A DNA stretch of 26,658 nt, from positions 1 to 26,658 of the IMG/VR virus record IMGVR_UViG_3300025389_000101; one strand, given 5' to 3'. The notes beneath the pieces were generated by a model. That model saw only the letters and a program-made list of their open reading frames with translations. It made no database searches and had not been told where the DNA came from. This DNA is from a virus. Its lineage: Duplodnaviria > Caudoviricetes. This document shows, piece by piece, positions 9,653 to 17,947 of this stretch. The position numbers and the translations under genes are program-made. Numbering within the stretch: the stretch's first letter is position 1; each line of letters begins with the position of its first letter.

Positions 9653-10707
9653 TAAATCCACCCTCCGCTGCTACTTGTTCCGCTGCCACCAGATGCAGTA
9701 AGTAGCGAACCTTGGCTAAAATCAACCACGCCGAATTCATTACTGATTTTATTACGACTGTATGTAGGTAACATACTTAAATTTACAGTTAAAGTAGTGG
9801 GAACTTTTTGTTTTTCACCCAATACTGTGCAGCTAATATAATCAACATCATTGGGCAAACTATAATCAAAACCAGTTATAACTACAGGAATATGATCAAA
9901 AGTCCATTTGCCATATCCATCTAGATATAAAATTGGCGGAGGAGTACCAGCTAATTGGTCTGTGCCATAAAACATTTTTGTTACACTGCGGAAAAAATGC
10001 AACATAGCAACCATATACTCGGCTTCTGCTGGATAATTAGCAGTAAAAACTGCTTGAATACCAATATTATCAACTGAACTGTGTTGGTATTGTGGCGTTA
10101 CATAATTTGTATGAACAAGAGTTTGTGCATCATAACTTGCTTTATGACCTACCTGTATAGTTGGGGTATAAGGAAATAATACGCCACCAACGTTGTCAAG
10201 CGGTGCAAATACATCACTTTGTCCAATAAAGATACCACTTTGATCACTTATAATAACACGATCTTCGCTATCATCTTGGAAGGCCACATTGCTGCCTGCA
10301 TCACTTGGTTGTAGCAGTTGTGCGCTTGTTCCACCATATGATATTCCACTGCCGTATAGTCGTCCATTAGATGGATCATTGCCATTGCCAGTTAATCCAT
10401 TTATTAACCCACTAACGCCAGCAGTGATCGCTGTATTGACCAATTGTGTTTTTAAACTTTGCGTACCATAATTAGATAGATTATTAATTCCATAATTAGC
10501 ATATGCTTGCGCTGGCAAACTATAACCAATTGTGCCCGGTACTGGATTATTTCGATTATAACCACTATAACTTGCAATGCCCGATGAAGCGTTAAATCCA
10601 TACCCAAACGGAGTAGCTTGGCCAGGGTTATAGAAATTTGTAGCTACTTGATTGGTAGCTGGTAATCTAGCATAGTATTGATTGGGTTGATAAGTAAAAT
10701 TAACCAT
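9652..10707 (-). CDS. Baseplate/tail tube initiator-like protein (gp48/gp54-like)
   Basis: VLFPYTPTI...Y....HTNY...HFFRSVTKMFYG...GTPPPILYLDGYG...PVVITGF...DVDY is a tube-fold baseplate pattern. First gene of the baseplate operon. Confidence 0.6.
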   Translation of the reverse strand: MVNFTYQPNQYYARLPATNQVATNFYNPGQATPFGYGFNASSGIASYSGYNRNNPVPGTIGYSLPAQAYANYGINNLSNYGTQSLKTQLVNTAITAGVSGLINGLTGNGNDPSNGRLYGSGISYGGTSAQLLQPSDAGSNVAFQDDSEDRVIISDQSGIFIGQSDVFAPLDNVGGVLFPYTPTIQVGHKASYDAQTLVHTNYVTPQYQHSSVDNIGIQAVFTANYPAEAEYMVAMLHFFRSVTKMFYGTDQLAGTPPPILYLDGYGKWTFDHIPVVITGFDYSLPNDVDYISCTVLGEKQKVPTTLTVNLSMLPTYSRNKISNEFGVVDFSQGSLLTASGGSGTSSSGGWI

Positions 10708-10724
10708 GTTTGCCTTAATAAAAA

Positions 10725-10732
10725 TATTTATT
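10725..10732 (-). promoter_or_regulatory. Late promoter-like AATAAATA for the baseplate operon
   Basis: Minus-strand AATAAATA, 17 nt upstream of ATG 10707, followed by SD AAGG. Confidence 0.6.
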
Positions 10733-10749
10733 AATTAATAATAGTAGTA

Positions 10750-10755
10750 TATAAT
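10750..10755 (+). promoter_or_regulatory. Sigma70-type -10 box TATAAT, 6 nt before the gp55 ATG (probably leaderless)
   Basis: TATAAT-AGAATC-ATG with no SD and no good -35. The context is AT-rich, so a chance match is possible. Confidence 0.45.
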
Positions 10756-10761
10756 AGAATC

Positions 10762-11592
10762 ATGACAACAGCAAAACGCACACCATATCTTACAAACAAA
10801 GAACTATTAAAAGAAATTCACCGCAGTAAAAATAATTATTGCAGTTACTTAACCACCGAAGATCAACAATATGATATTATTCTTCCAAGTTTAAGTAAAA
10901 TTAATCAAAAAACTATTGCAGAAGCAAAGCGCGCACGTGCTGACAGACTTGCTAAACAAGCATGGGAAGCAATGACTGCCAGCGGTGTAAAATCTAAATT
11001 AGATGATCATGCCATAGATTGGCATAAAATTTCAAAAACAGATTTAGTTTTTAGAATCACTACTTGGGATCATATTCCACTTGCGCCAGGTCGTAAAAAA
11101 TCGCCTAAAGCAACAAGCGATCATCACGTTAAAGTTAATTTTCCACCATTTCAACACTATCGTTTCAATGAGAATGATGAATTAATTTGCTGTGGCAAAA
11201 GCCATTGGGAAGGTGGTATTGCAAATGGTTGGTTCAATAAGGATCATGGCAGAATGACCCCAATGTTAGCTCGCATGTTTATTAAACTATGCGAACGCTA
11301 TGGTTCCAAGGGCAATTGGCGTGGTTATACATATAATGATGAGATGCGCTCTCAGGCGCTGTTACAATTATCACAGGTAGGGCTACAATTTGACGAAAGC
11401 AAGTCTAACAATCCTTTTGCTTATTATACTGCTACTATCACCAATAGTTTTACTAGAGTTCTTAACGTTGAAAAACGGAACCAACACCTTCGTGACGACA
11501 TCCTTGAAGCCAATGGATTGAATCCAAGTTATACTCGTCAAACTGACAATGCTCTACGAGGCGGTGATTTTGGTGGTGGTGGTTCAGAATAA
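10762..11592 (+). CDS. gp55: RNA polymerase sigma factor for late transcription, T4 gp55-like
   Basis: N-terminal YLTNKELLKEI and NWRGYTYNDEM...FDESKSNNPFAYYT...F.R.L..EK motifs. Precedes gp47 and gp46 in T4-like order. Confidence 0.88.
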   Translation: MTTAKRTPYLTNKELLKEIHRSKNNYCSYLTTEDQQYDIILPSLSKINQKTIAEAKRARADRLAKQAWEAMTASGVKSKLDDHAIDWHKISKTDLVFRITTWDHIPLAPGRKKSPKATSDHHVKVNFPPFQHYRFNENDELICCGKSHWEGGIANGWFNKDHGRMTPMLARMFIKLCERYGSKGNWRGYTYNDEMRSQALLQLSQVGLQFDESKSNNPFAYYTATITNSFTRVLNVEKRNQHLRDDILEANGLNPSYTRQTDNALRGGDFGGGGSE

Positions 11593-11595
11593 TAT

Positions 11596-11624
11596 TTGAC
11601 AAACAATTTTTACTGTGTTATGGT
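11596..11624 (+). promoter_or_regulatory. Sigma70 promoter TTGACA-N17-TATGGT with extended -10 TG
   Basis: Perfect -35 at 11596-11601, TG at 11616-11617, -10 at 11619-11624. The ATG lies 6 nt further on. Confidence 0.72.
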
Positions 11625-11630
11625 AAGAAC

Positions 11631-12644
11631 ATGTCCAATTTATTCCGCAAAGCAGCACTATTCACCGACCTACATTTAGGTTATAAAAGCAACTCAGCAC
11701 AGTTTCTCGCAGACTGCGAGAACTATATAACATGGTTTATCGACCTTGTTAAGAAGGAAGAATGTGATACTATTCTCTTTCTTGGTGATTTTCATGATAC
11801 ACGCAACTCACTAAACATCAATACGATGGAAGTAAGTCTTCGCACACTTGAGCGTCTTAATAACCTTGGGTTGCGTGTAATGTTTATTCCAGGCAACCAT
11901 GATCTGTATCACAAAGATCGTCGTACCATCACCAGTGTGCGTTATATTCAAAAGTTCAAGAATATTGAACTAATTGAGAACCAACATACCGAAGGCGATG
12001 TTACTTTTGTGCCATGGTTAATTGGCGAAGAATACAAAAGTATGCGTAAAATTAAGTCAAAGTATGTTATGGGACACTTTGAATTACCAAGCTTTCTTAT
12101 GAATGCCAAGGTAGAAATGCCAGATCATGGCGGTTTAAAAGTAGATGACCTTGGCGGTGTAGATACTGTTTTTACAGGTCATTTCCATAAACGCCAGATT
12201 AAAGGCAATGTTCATTATATCGGCAATGCTTTTCCGCACAATTATGCGGATGCGTGGGACGACGAGCGTGGCGCAGTGATACTGCAATGGGGTGCGGACC
12301 CCGTGTATCATAATTGGACAAGTGCTCCTCGTTATCGCACGTTAAATCTAATCCAAATGCTTGAAACTCCTGAACAACACTTAGATGACCGCACGTATGC
12401 ACGTGTGCAATTAGATGTGTCAATTTCATATGAAGAAGCTAACTTTATCAAAGAAGAAATGCATAAAACATATAATGTACGTGAATTGAGTCTTATACAA
12501 CATCGTGGCGAAGTACTTACTGAAAATGCTATTGGCGATGTTGCCTTTGAAAGCGTTGATCAAATTGTATTGAGTCAAATAAGTAATCTTGATACTCAAC
12601 ATTATGATACTAAATTGCTTATGGAAATATATAATACCTTATAA
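11631..12644 (+). CDS. gp47: Recombination endonuclease subunit, Mre11/SbcD-like (T4 gp47)
   Basis: Metallophosphoesterase motifs DLH, GDFHD, GNHD, GHF, GHFH. Confidence 0.93.
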   Translation: MSNLFRKAALFTDLHLGYKSNSAQFLADCENYITWFIDLVKKEECDTILFLGDFHDTRNSLNINTMEVSLRTLERLNNLGLRVMFIPGNHDLYHKDRRTITSVRYIQKFKNIELIENQHTEGDVTFVPWLIGEEYKSMRKIKSKYVMGHFELPSFLMNAKVEMPDHGGLKVDDLGGVDTVFTGHFHKRQIKGNVHYIGNAFPHNYADAWDDERGAVILQWGADPVYHNWTSAPRYRTLNLIQMLETPEQHLDDRTYARVQLDVSISYEEANFIKEEMHKTYNVRELSLIQHRGEVLTENAIGDVAFESVDQIVLSQISNLDTQHYDTKLLMEIYNTL

Positions 12645-12655
12645 GGAAATACTTA

Positions 12656-13423
12656 ATGGATTTGAATAATTTATCATTTCAAGAACTTCCAAGTCGTGAA
12701 TTAGACATTGATGTAGATTGGGAAGAATTTAGAAAACAATGTGTAATTTATTATAATCGTTGGTGCAATATTTCAAATGATGTTTATTTAAAAACAACTG
12801 ATTTGTCTCTGCCAATTGAAAAACAAATTGTAAGAGTTGGCACAGATGCTTTTTTTAGCAAGCAGTATGATCCTTTTTATAATTTTGAATTTGCTAAAGG
12901 AAAATACGCCAATAGTACTAAAATTGTTTCTGAACAAGAATATAAATTTTATACAAGTGATTTACAAGAAAATCATCCATATGTAATAGAAGTAATAGAA
13001 AAATTAGAAAAATTTGCTAATTTATCTTTTTCAAGAATACGATTAGCTGGTAAAAAAAGAGAAACAGCAGGTTCTATACATACTGATTTTGGGTATGCTA
13101 GACATCATATACCTATTGTTACCAATCCAAGTGTTCTTTTTCAGATTAGTGACAAACTTTATAGAATGTCAAAATACAATCATTTATATGCATTGCCATG
13201 TGGTCAGCCACACTCAATTATAAATGGCAGCACACGATTAAGATTACATTTACTTTTAATTGATGGCAATCAAGAACAAAATGTCACAACAATAGAACAA
13301 GCACGTTCTGAAATTGAAAATGTTACTAAAGTTTTTGAGGATGCTTATAGCAATTTAGATATTGCCGAAAAACTCTTAAATGAACCATATTATAATAATC
13401 TACTTGAATTAGCAAAAAAATAA
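12656..13423 (+). CDS. 2OG-Fe(II) oxygenase, aspartyl/asparaginyl beta-hydroxylase-like
   Basis: RIRL...IHTD...RHHIPIVTNP...PHSIINGS..LRLHL gives HxD...H...R. SD AAGGA. Confidence 0.78.
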   Translation: MDLNNLSFQELPSRELDIDVDWEEFRKQCVIYYNRWCNISNDVYLKTTDLSLPIEKQIVRVGTDAFFSKQYDPFYNFEFAKGKYANSTKIVSEQEYKFYTSDLQENHPYVIEVIEKLEKFANLSFSRIRLAGKKRETAGSIHTDFGYARHHIPIVTNPSVLFQISDKLYRMSKYNHLYALPCGQPHSIINGSTRLRLHLLLIDGNQEQNVTTIEQARSEIENVTKVFEDAYSNLDIAEKLLNEPYYNNLLELAKK

Positions 13424-13523
13424 TTATTGATTCATAAATGATTATGCTGTAATATTAAAATAGAAAAAACACTATGTTTTTTAATAATATCTATTTTTTT
13501 ATAAAATAAAATCAAGGTAAGTT

Positions 13524-15638
13524 ATGTCGTTAAAAATCAACAGTTTGACAGTAAAGAATTTCATGAGCGTGGGCAATGCGACCCAAGCCGTGAATTTTGA
13601 CCGTAGTGACCTAACTCTCGTATTAGGTGAAAATTTAGATTTAGGAGGTGATGACACTGGTGCTAGAAATGGCACGGGTAAAACCACAATCATCAATGCG
13701 TTAAGTTATGGTCTCTACGGTCAGGCATTGACAAACATCAAGAAAGATAACCTTATCAATAAAACTAACGGTAAAAATATGATGGTTACCGTTGATTTTG
13801 AAGTGGGTGGTCGGCAATATCGTATTGAACGAGGTCGGCGTCCTAATGTTACTAAGTTATATATTGATGGACAAGAGCAAAATGGCTATCTCGACGATAG
13901 TCAAGGTGATAGTCGTGAAACACAAAGCGATATTGATCGTTTGCTAGGTATGAGCGTAGATATGTTTAAGCATGTAGTTGCGTTAAACACCTATACTGAA
14001 CCATTCCTAAGCATGCGAGCCAATGATCAGCGCCAAGTTATTGAACAGCTACTTGGTATTACTATCTTGAGTGAAAAAGCAGATCATCTTAAGAATCAAA
14101 TCAAAACCACTAAAGACATGATTCAAGAAGAAAAAATTCGTATTAAAGCAGTGCAAGATGCTAATTTGCGCATTGCTGAACAAATTGATAACTTGAAAAA
14201 ACGTCAGAAACTTTGGCAAACTAAACACGATGAAGATTGTGCAAAGATTGAAAAAAATCTTATTTCATTAAGTGAGATTGATATTGATAGTGAGATTGCA
14301 AATCATCGTTTGCTTGAGCAATTTAATGCTAATAAAAAACTATATGATCAGTTGAAAAGTATTGAAACTCGCCAAAAACTGTGGGAAAAGAAGCAACTTG
14401 ATGATTGTGATGCAATAAAATTACAAATTGCAGACCTTTCAAGCATTGATATTGATAGCGAAATTGCTATTCATCGTGATATTGCTGATTATGATGCTAA
14501 AGTAAAGCGTCGTGATGAGGCAAAACGATGGATTGCGTCCATTGATATTGCCAATGAAAAAGAAGAAAAAACACAAGCAAAGTTAAAGAAAGAGATCGAA
14601 GACCTTAAAAACCACAAGTGTTATGCTTGCGGCAGCGAACTCCATGATGATAATCAGGCAGATATTCTTGCAGCAAAAGAAACCGCATTGCAAGAAAGCG
14701 TGATGCAATTGCTTGCTAATCATACACAAAAAAACGAACATCTTGAAACTATTGCACTTATTGGCGAACTAACACAACCGCCAAAACCATATTACAAAAC
14801 ACTGGAAGAAGCACTTAATCATCGCAATACGCTTGAGAATATGAACACTACTCTTGAAAACCGTATGCTTGAAAAGAGTCCTTTCAGTGAGCAAATTATT
14901 GAACTTGCAACTGAATTAGGTGATAGAGAGTATATCGCTGAAACTCAACTTGGAGTTTTGCACTATGATACTATTGAAGATGCGCTCAATCATCGCAATA
15001 CGCTTGAACAATTAGCAAACTCATTGCTTAACAAACAAGAAGAAAGCGATCCGTATGCTGAACAGATTGTAGAAATGGAACAAAATGCTATTCAAGAAAT
15101 TACATGGGATAGCATTAATAATTTTACACAAATGCAAGAACATCAAGAATTTTTGTTAAAAATGCTTACTAATAAAGATAGTTTTGTTCGTAAGAAGATT
15201 ATTGATCAGAACCTTGCATACCTTAACAACCGACTTGGTAGCTATCTATCGGCGATTGGATTGCCGCACGAGGTTCGTTTCCAAAATGATCTTAACGTTG
15301 AGATCACTGAACTTGGACGTGATCTTGACTTTGATAACCTATCACGTGGCGAACGCAATCGTCTTATTCTTTCACTTTCATGGGCTTTCCGTGATGTATG
15401 GGAATCGCTATATCAAAACATAAATCTACTCTTTATTGATGAATTGATTGATAGTGGAATGGACGCAAGTGGTGTTGAAAATGCTCTACACATCCTTAAA
15501 CGTATGGGACGTGAGCGCAATAAAACTATTTTCCTTGTTTCTCACCGTGATGAATTAGCAGGTCGTGTAAATAACATCCTTACTGTGACCAAAGAAAATG
15601 GATTTACAAGTTATAGCAGTGATATTGAGACCGTATGA
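13524..15638 (+). CDS. gp46: Recombination ATPase subunit, Rad50/SbcC-like (T4 gp46)
   Basis: Walker A NGTGKTT, coiled coils with central zinc hook CYAC, signature LSRGE, Walker B LLFIDE, H-loop VSH. Confidence 0.94.
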   Translation: MSLKINSLTVKNFMSVGNATQAVNFDRSDLTLVLGENLDLGGDDTGARNGTGKTTIINALSYGLYGQALTNIKKDNLINKTNGKNMMVTVDFEVGGRQYRIERGRRPNVTKLYIDGQEQNGYLDDSQGDSRETQSDIDRLLGMSVDMFKHVVALNTYTEPFLSMRANDQRQVIEQLLGITILSEKADHLKNQIKTTKDMIQEEKIRIKAVQDANLRIAEQIDNLKKRQKLWQTKHDEDCAKIEKNLISLSEIDIDSEIANHRLLEQFNANKKLYDQLKSIETRQKLWEKKQLDDCDAIKLQIADLSSIDIDSEIAIHRDIADYDAKVKRRDEAKRWIASIDIANEKEEKTQAKLKKEIEDLKNHKCYACGSELHDDNQADILAAKETALQESVMQLLANHTQKNEHLETIALIGELTQPPKPYYKTLEEALNHRNTLENMNTTLENRMLEKSPFSEQIIELATELGDREYIAETQLGVLHYDTIEDALNHRNTLEQLANSLLNKQEESDPYAEQIVEMEQNAIQEITWDSINNFTQMQEHQEFLLKMLTNKDSFVRKKIIDQNLAYLNNRLGSYLSAIGLPHEVRFQNDLNVEITELGRDLDFDNLSRGERNRLILSLSWAFRDVWESLYQNINLLFIDELIDSGMDASGVENALHILKRMGRERNKTIFLVSHRDELAGRVNNILTVTKENGFTSYSSDIETV
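14202..14477 (+). repeat. In-frame tandem duplication (168-nt / 56-aa period) in the gp46 N-terminal coiled-coil arm
   Basis: RQKLW...DC..I...LS.IDIDSEIA.HR starts at 14202 and again at 14370. ATTGATATTGATAG occurs at 14277 and 14445. Confidence 0.85.
14790..15080 (+). repeat. In-frame tandem duplication (171-nt / 57-aa period) in the gp46 C-terminal coiled-coil arm
   Basis: Y.T.E.ALNHRNTLE...P..EQI.E occurs twice. The exact 20-mer AATCATCGCAATACGCTTGA is at 14817 and 14988. Confidence 0.85.
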
Positions 15639-16150
15639 CAAGCAAAAGCAAAAACAAAGGCAATAGTTGGGAACGTGATGTTGCAAAACACCTAACAAAT
15701 TTATATGGCGAAACGTTTATTCGTGCGCCAGGTAGCGGCGCTTATGTAGGTGGAACTAATAATAAACGCAAAGAATATCTACATGAAGGTCAAATTCGTT
15801 CATTTAAAGGCGATATTATACCTGGTCAAAGCTTTCCTAAATTCAATGCAGAATGTAAAAGCTATGGCGATTTTCCATTTCATCAATTGTTTAGTGGAGA
15901 ATGCAAGCAATTAAATGTATGGTTAGACCAGTTGTTGGATGCTAGCGACGAAGGCGATTTTAATATTCTTATTATGAAATTCAACCGCAAAGGCAAATAT
16001 GTAGCAGTGCAATTTGACCAATATTATGAAGTTCCGCTATTTGTTGAATATCATATGCTTTATCAATATAAAGATATTCGTTGGGCTATTATGGATTATG
16101 ATCGTTTTTGGCAGTTGAATAAAGATTTTGTAGAATTGGCATGCGTATGA
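15635..16150 (+). CDS. PD-(D/E)XK nuclease, putative Holliday junction resolvase (Hjc-like)
   Basis: SKNKGNSWERDVAKHL...SGA...GDII...AECK. ATGA overlap with the gp46 stop. Confidence 0.78.
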   Translation: MTSKSKNKGNSWERDVAKHLTNLYGETFIRAPGSGAYVGGTNNKRKEYLHEGQIRSFKGDIIPGQSFPKFNAECKSYGDFPFHQLFSGECKQLNVWLDQLLDASDEGDFNILIMKFNRKGKYVAVQFDQYYEVPLFVEYHMLYQYKDIRWAIMDYDRFWQLNKDFVELACV

Positions 16151-16785
16151 AAGCTATAGTTATTGGCGGTACTTCTGGTATTGGTAAAAAAATTTCAGAA
16201 GTTTTAATAAAAAAAAACATTGAAACAACAGTTGTTGGAAGAGAAACATTTAATATAAACACAATCACTTATGAAGTAGATTTATCACAATATGATTATT
16301 TTATTATGTGCGCTGGCATTGATCCTAATGGACTTACGCCTTTTCTTGAAAAATCATGGGAAGATATTGAACTTACATTGAATACGAATCTAATAAATCA
16401 AATTAAATTTACTCACCGTTGGTTGGCACAACGTCAAAACCAATGGAGTAAAGCAATATTTGTTGGCAGTGTGCATAACGTAGATAGAATAATGAATAAT
16501 CATTTAATATATGGATTAACAAGGCACTCACAAAAAATATTTGTTGATGCGCTTCGTAGGGAAATTAATAACTCATTAATAGGATTAACTTTGTTAAGAG
16601 TTGGCAAAACAAAAACTAATTTTAATAAAAATAGATTAGGTGAGCGTTGGACACAAGAAGCAGATGATATGTTTTATGGTACGCCACATGTCACCGTCGA
16701 AGATTTAGAAAATCAAATATCTGATCTTATTCAAGATAAAAAACACTATATTCAAGAAATTGTTATCGCTGCAAACCCAACATAA
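16147..16785 (+). CDS. Short-chain dehydrogenase/reductase (SDR family)
   Basis: Rossmann motif IGGTSGIG, then CAG, NTN, VGS and YGLTR (YxxxR in place of YxxxK). The ATG at 16147 overlaps the upstream TGA. Confidence 0.85.
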   Translation: MKAIVIGGTSGIGKKISEVLIKKNIETTVVGRETFNINTITYEVDLSQYDYFIMCAGIDPNGLTPFLEKSWEDIELTLNTNLINQIKFTHRWLAQRQNQWSKAIFVGSVHNVDRIMNNHLIYGLTRHSQKIFVDALRREINNSLIGLTLLRVGKTKTNFNKNRLGERWTQEADDMFYGTPHVTVEDLENQISDLIQDKKHYIQEIVIAANPT

Positions 16786-16788
16786 ATA
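16783..16788 (+). promoter_or_regulatory. TAAATA late promoter core upstream of the structured leader and ABC operon
   Basis: CATAAATA, the same octamer as at 22464. It overlaps the SDR stop codon, which weakens its independence as evidence. Confidence 0.5.
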
Positions 16789-16793
16789 TTCTT

Positions 16794-16963
16794 GGAGTAA
16801 GGCCGCAAGACCTCGGACTAACACTGACGCCAAGAGTAATAACTCTTTTACTACTGTGATACACGTAGAACGCCAGCCGTAGCAGCATCCCACACTGCAA
16901 ACTCCTTCTTAATAAAATTGCTATTTTAGTTTAACTCTGTTATGTTAAAGAGAAGGAGAAAAC
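16794..16963 (+). promoter_or_regulatory. Structured 5' leader, riboswitch-like, with anti-SD
   Basis: Hairpins at 16800-16813 (GCAA loop), 16832-16847, 16851-16868 and 16882-16898. CTCCTTCT (16902-16909) is the exact complement of the SD region AGAAGGAG (16951-16958). The alternative pairing is GGAGT (16794-16798) with ACTCC (16901-16905). Confidence 0.55.
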
Positions 16964-17947
16964 ATGTTTAACAGAACCATTACAACCCTTGCACTACTTG
17001 CTGCTCTCGTTACTGCAGCACACGCCGAAACTGAAGTTCGTGTAAATCGCATGCTCAAGTATGCTAGCAGCGAACCACTACTGTATAAAATTGCTGAATT
17101 ACTTCCGCAATATGCTGCTAAAGAAGGCATCAACGATGTAAAGGTATCATATGTAGATATCTTGGAAAGTACTAAAGCAAACGAAGCACTATTATTAGGT
17201 CAGATTGATATTATCTTTGGTGGCGTCAATAGCTTTGGTATCCTATTTGATAAAGACCCATCTAAAGTTAAGTTACTTGCTGGCGCAGAAGAATATGATC
17301 AGTGGCTAGTGTGCAGCAATCCTAAGATTAAATCGCTTAAGGATATCACGCCATCTACTAAAATTGCTATGAAAGGCATGAATAGTGGCGAACAAATGCA
17401 ACTACGTCAATATACTGCCGAAAAGTTTGGCGATAAAGAATATGCTAAATTTGACAGCAATATTGTTGTAATGCCTCGTGATATAGCAGTTGCACAGATT
17501 ACTAAGCAAAATCCTGAGATTGATTGTGGCATTGTAGGCGTTCCATGGCAAAACATTGCTGTTTCTAAGGGCGCACATATCGTAGCACACAATGATAATC
17601 CTACAAAAACAGTTGGTGTGTTGAACACTGTATATTCTACTACAAAGTGGTTAGATAACAACCCTAAACTTGCTCGTGCTTGGATTGCTGCACAAAAAGC
17701 TGCTATTGCAGAGTTTGAAAAGAATCCACGACCAATGTTAATTTATTTTATGAATAAGGACGAAGTTGTTGATCCTACTTTAAATGAATTAATTGATCAA
17801 AAGAAGCAAAATGTAGATGTTTATCAGTATAAAACAGATAGCGCACTAAAATACATGGACTTCATGTATCGTGTTGGCATCCTAAACGGTGCTGGCAAAG
17901 ATAAGAAGCATAGTGACATGGTTTGGGACGAAAAGTTAGTCAAGTGA
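16964..17947 (+). CDS. ABC transporter substrate-binding protein, NitT/TauT (SsuA/TauA/NMT1-like)
   Basis: Signal peptide MFNRTITTLALLAALVTAAHA; NEALLLGQIDI, IKSLKDI and WLDNNPKLARAW patterns; strong SD; followed by ATPase and permease genes. Confidence 0.85.
   Translation: MFNRTITTLALLAALVTAAHAETEVRVNRMLKYASSEPLLYKIAELLPQYAAKEGINDVKVSYVDILESTKANEALLLGQIDIIFGGVNSFGILFDKDPSKVKLLAGAEEYDQWLVCSNPKIKSLKDITPSTKIAMKGMNSGEQMQLRQYTAEKFGDKEYAKFDSNIVVMPRDIAVAQITKQNPEIDCGIVGVPWQNIAVSKGAHIVAHNDNPTKTVGVLNTVYSTTKWLDNNPKLARAWIAAQKAAIAEFEKNPRPMLIYFMNKDEVVDPTLNELIDQKKQNVDVYQYKTDSALKYMDFMYRVGILNGAGKDKKHSDMVWDEKLVK

Noticed and set aside
10729-10740. Perfect 12-bp palindrome TATTAATTAATA between divergent promoters
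   Set aside because: AT-only in an AT-rich region, so of low significance.
13455-13500. Inverted repeat AAAAAACA-CTA-TGTTTTTT upstream of gp46
   Set aside because: Almost all A/T in a very AT-rich spacer; weak and likely to occur by chance.
16705-16893. Minus-strand 62-aa Cys-rich hydrophobic ORF with AAGGAG 8 nt upstream
   Set aside because: It overlaps the SDR antisense, and its apparent SD is simply the complement of the anti-SD element. Not fully excluded; ribosome profiling would decide.
16794-16900. Resemblance to the TPP riboswitch (GCCAGCCGTAG) or the NMT1/xanthine riboswitch (GGAGTA...CGGA)
   Set aside because: It lacks the TPP CTGAGA and CCTGA cores and the AGAAGCG-like junction I recall for the xanthine class.
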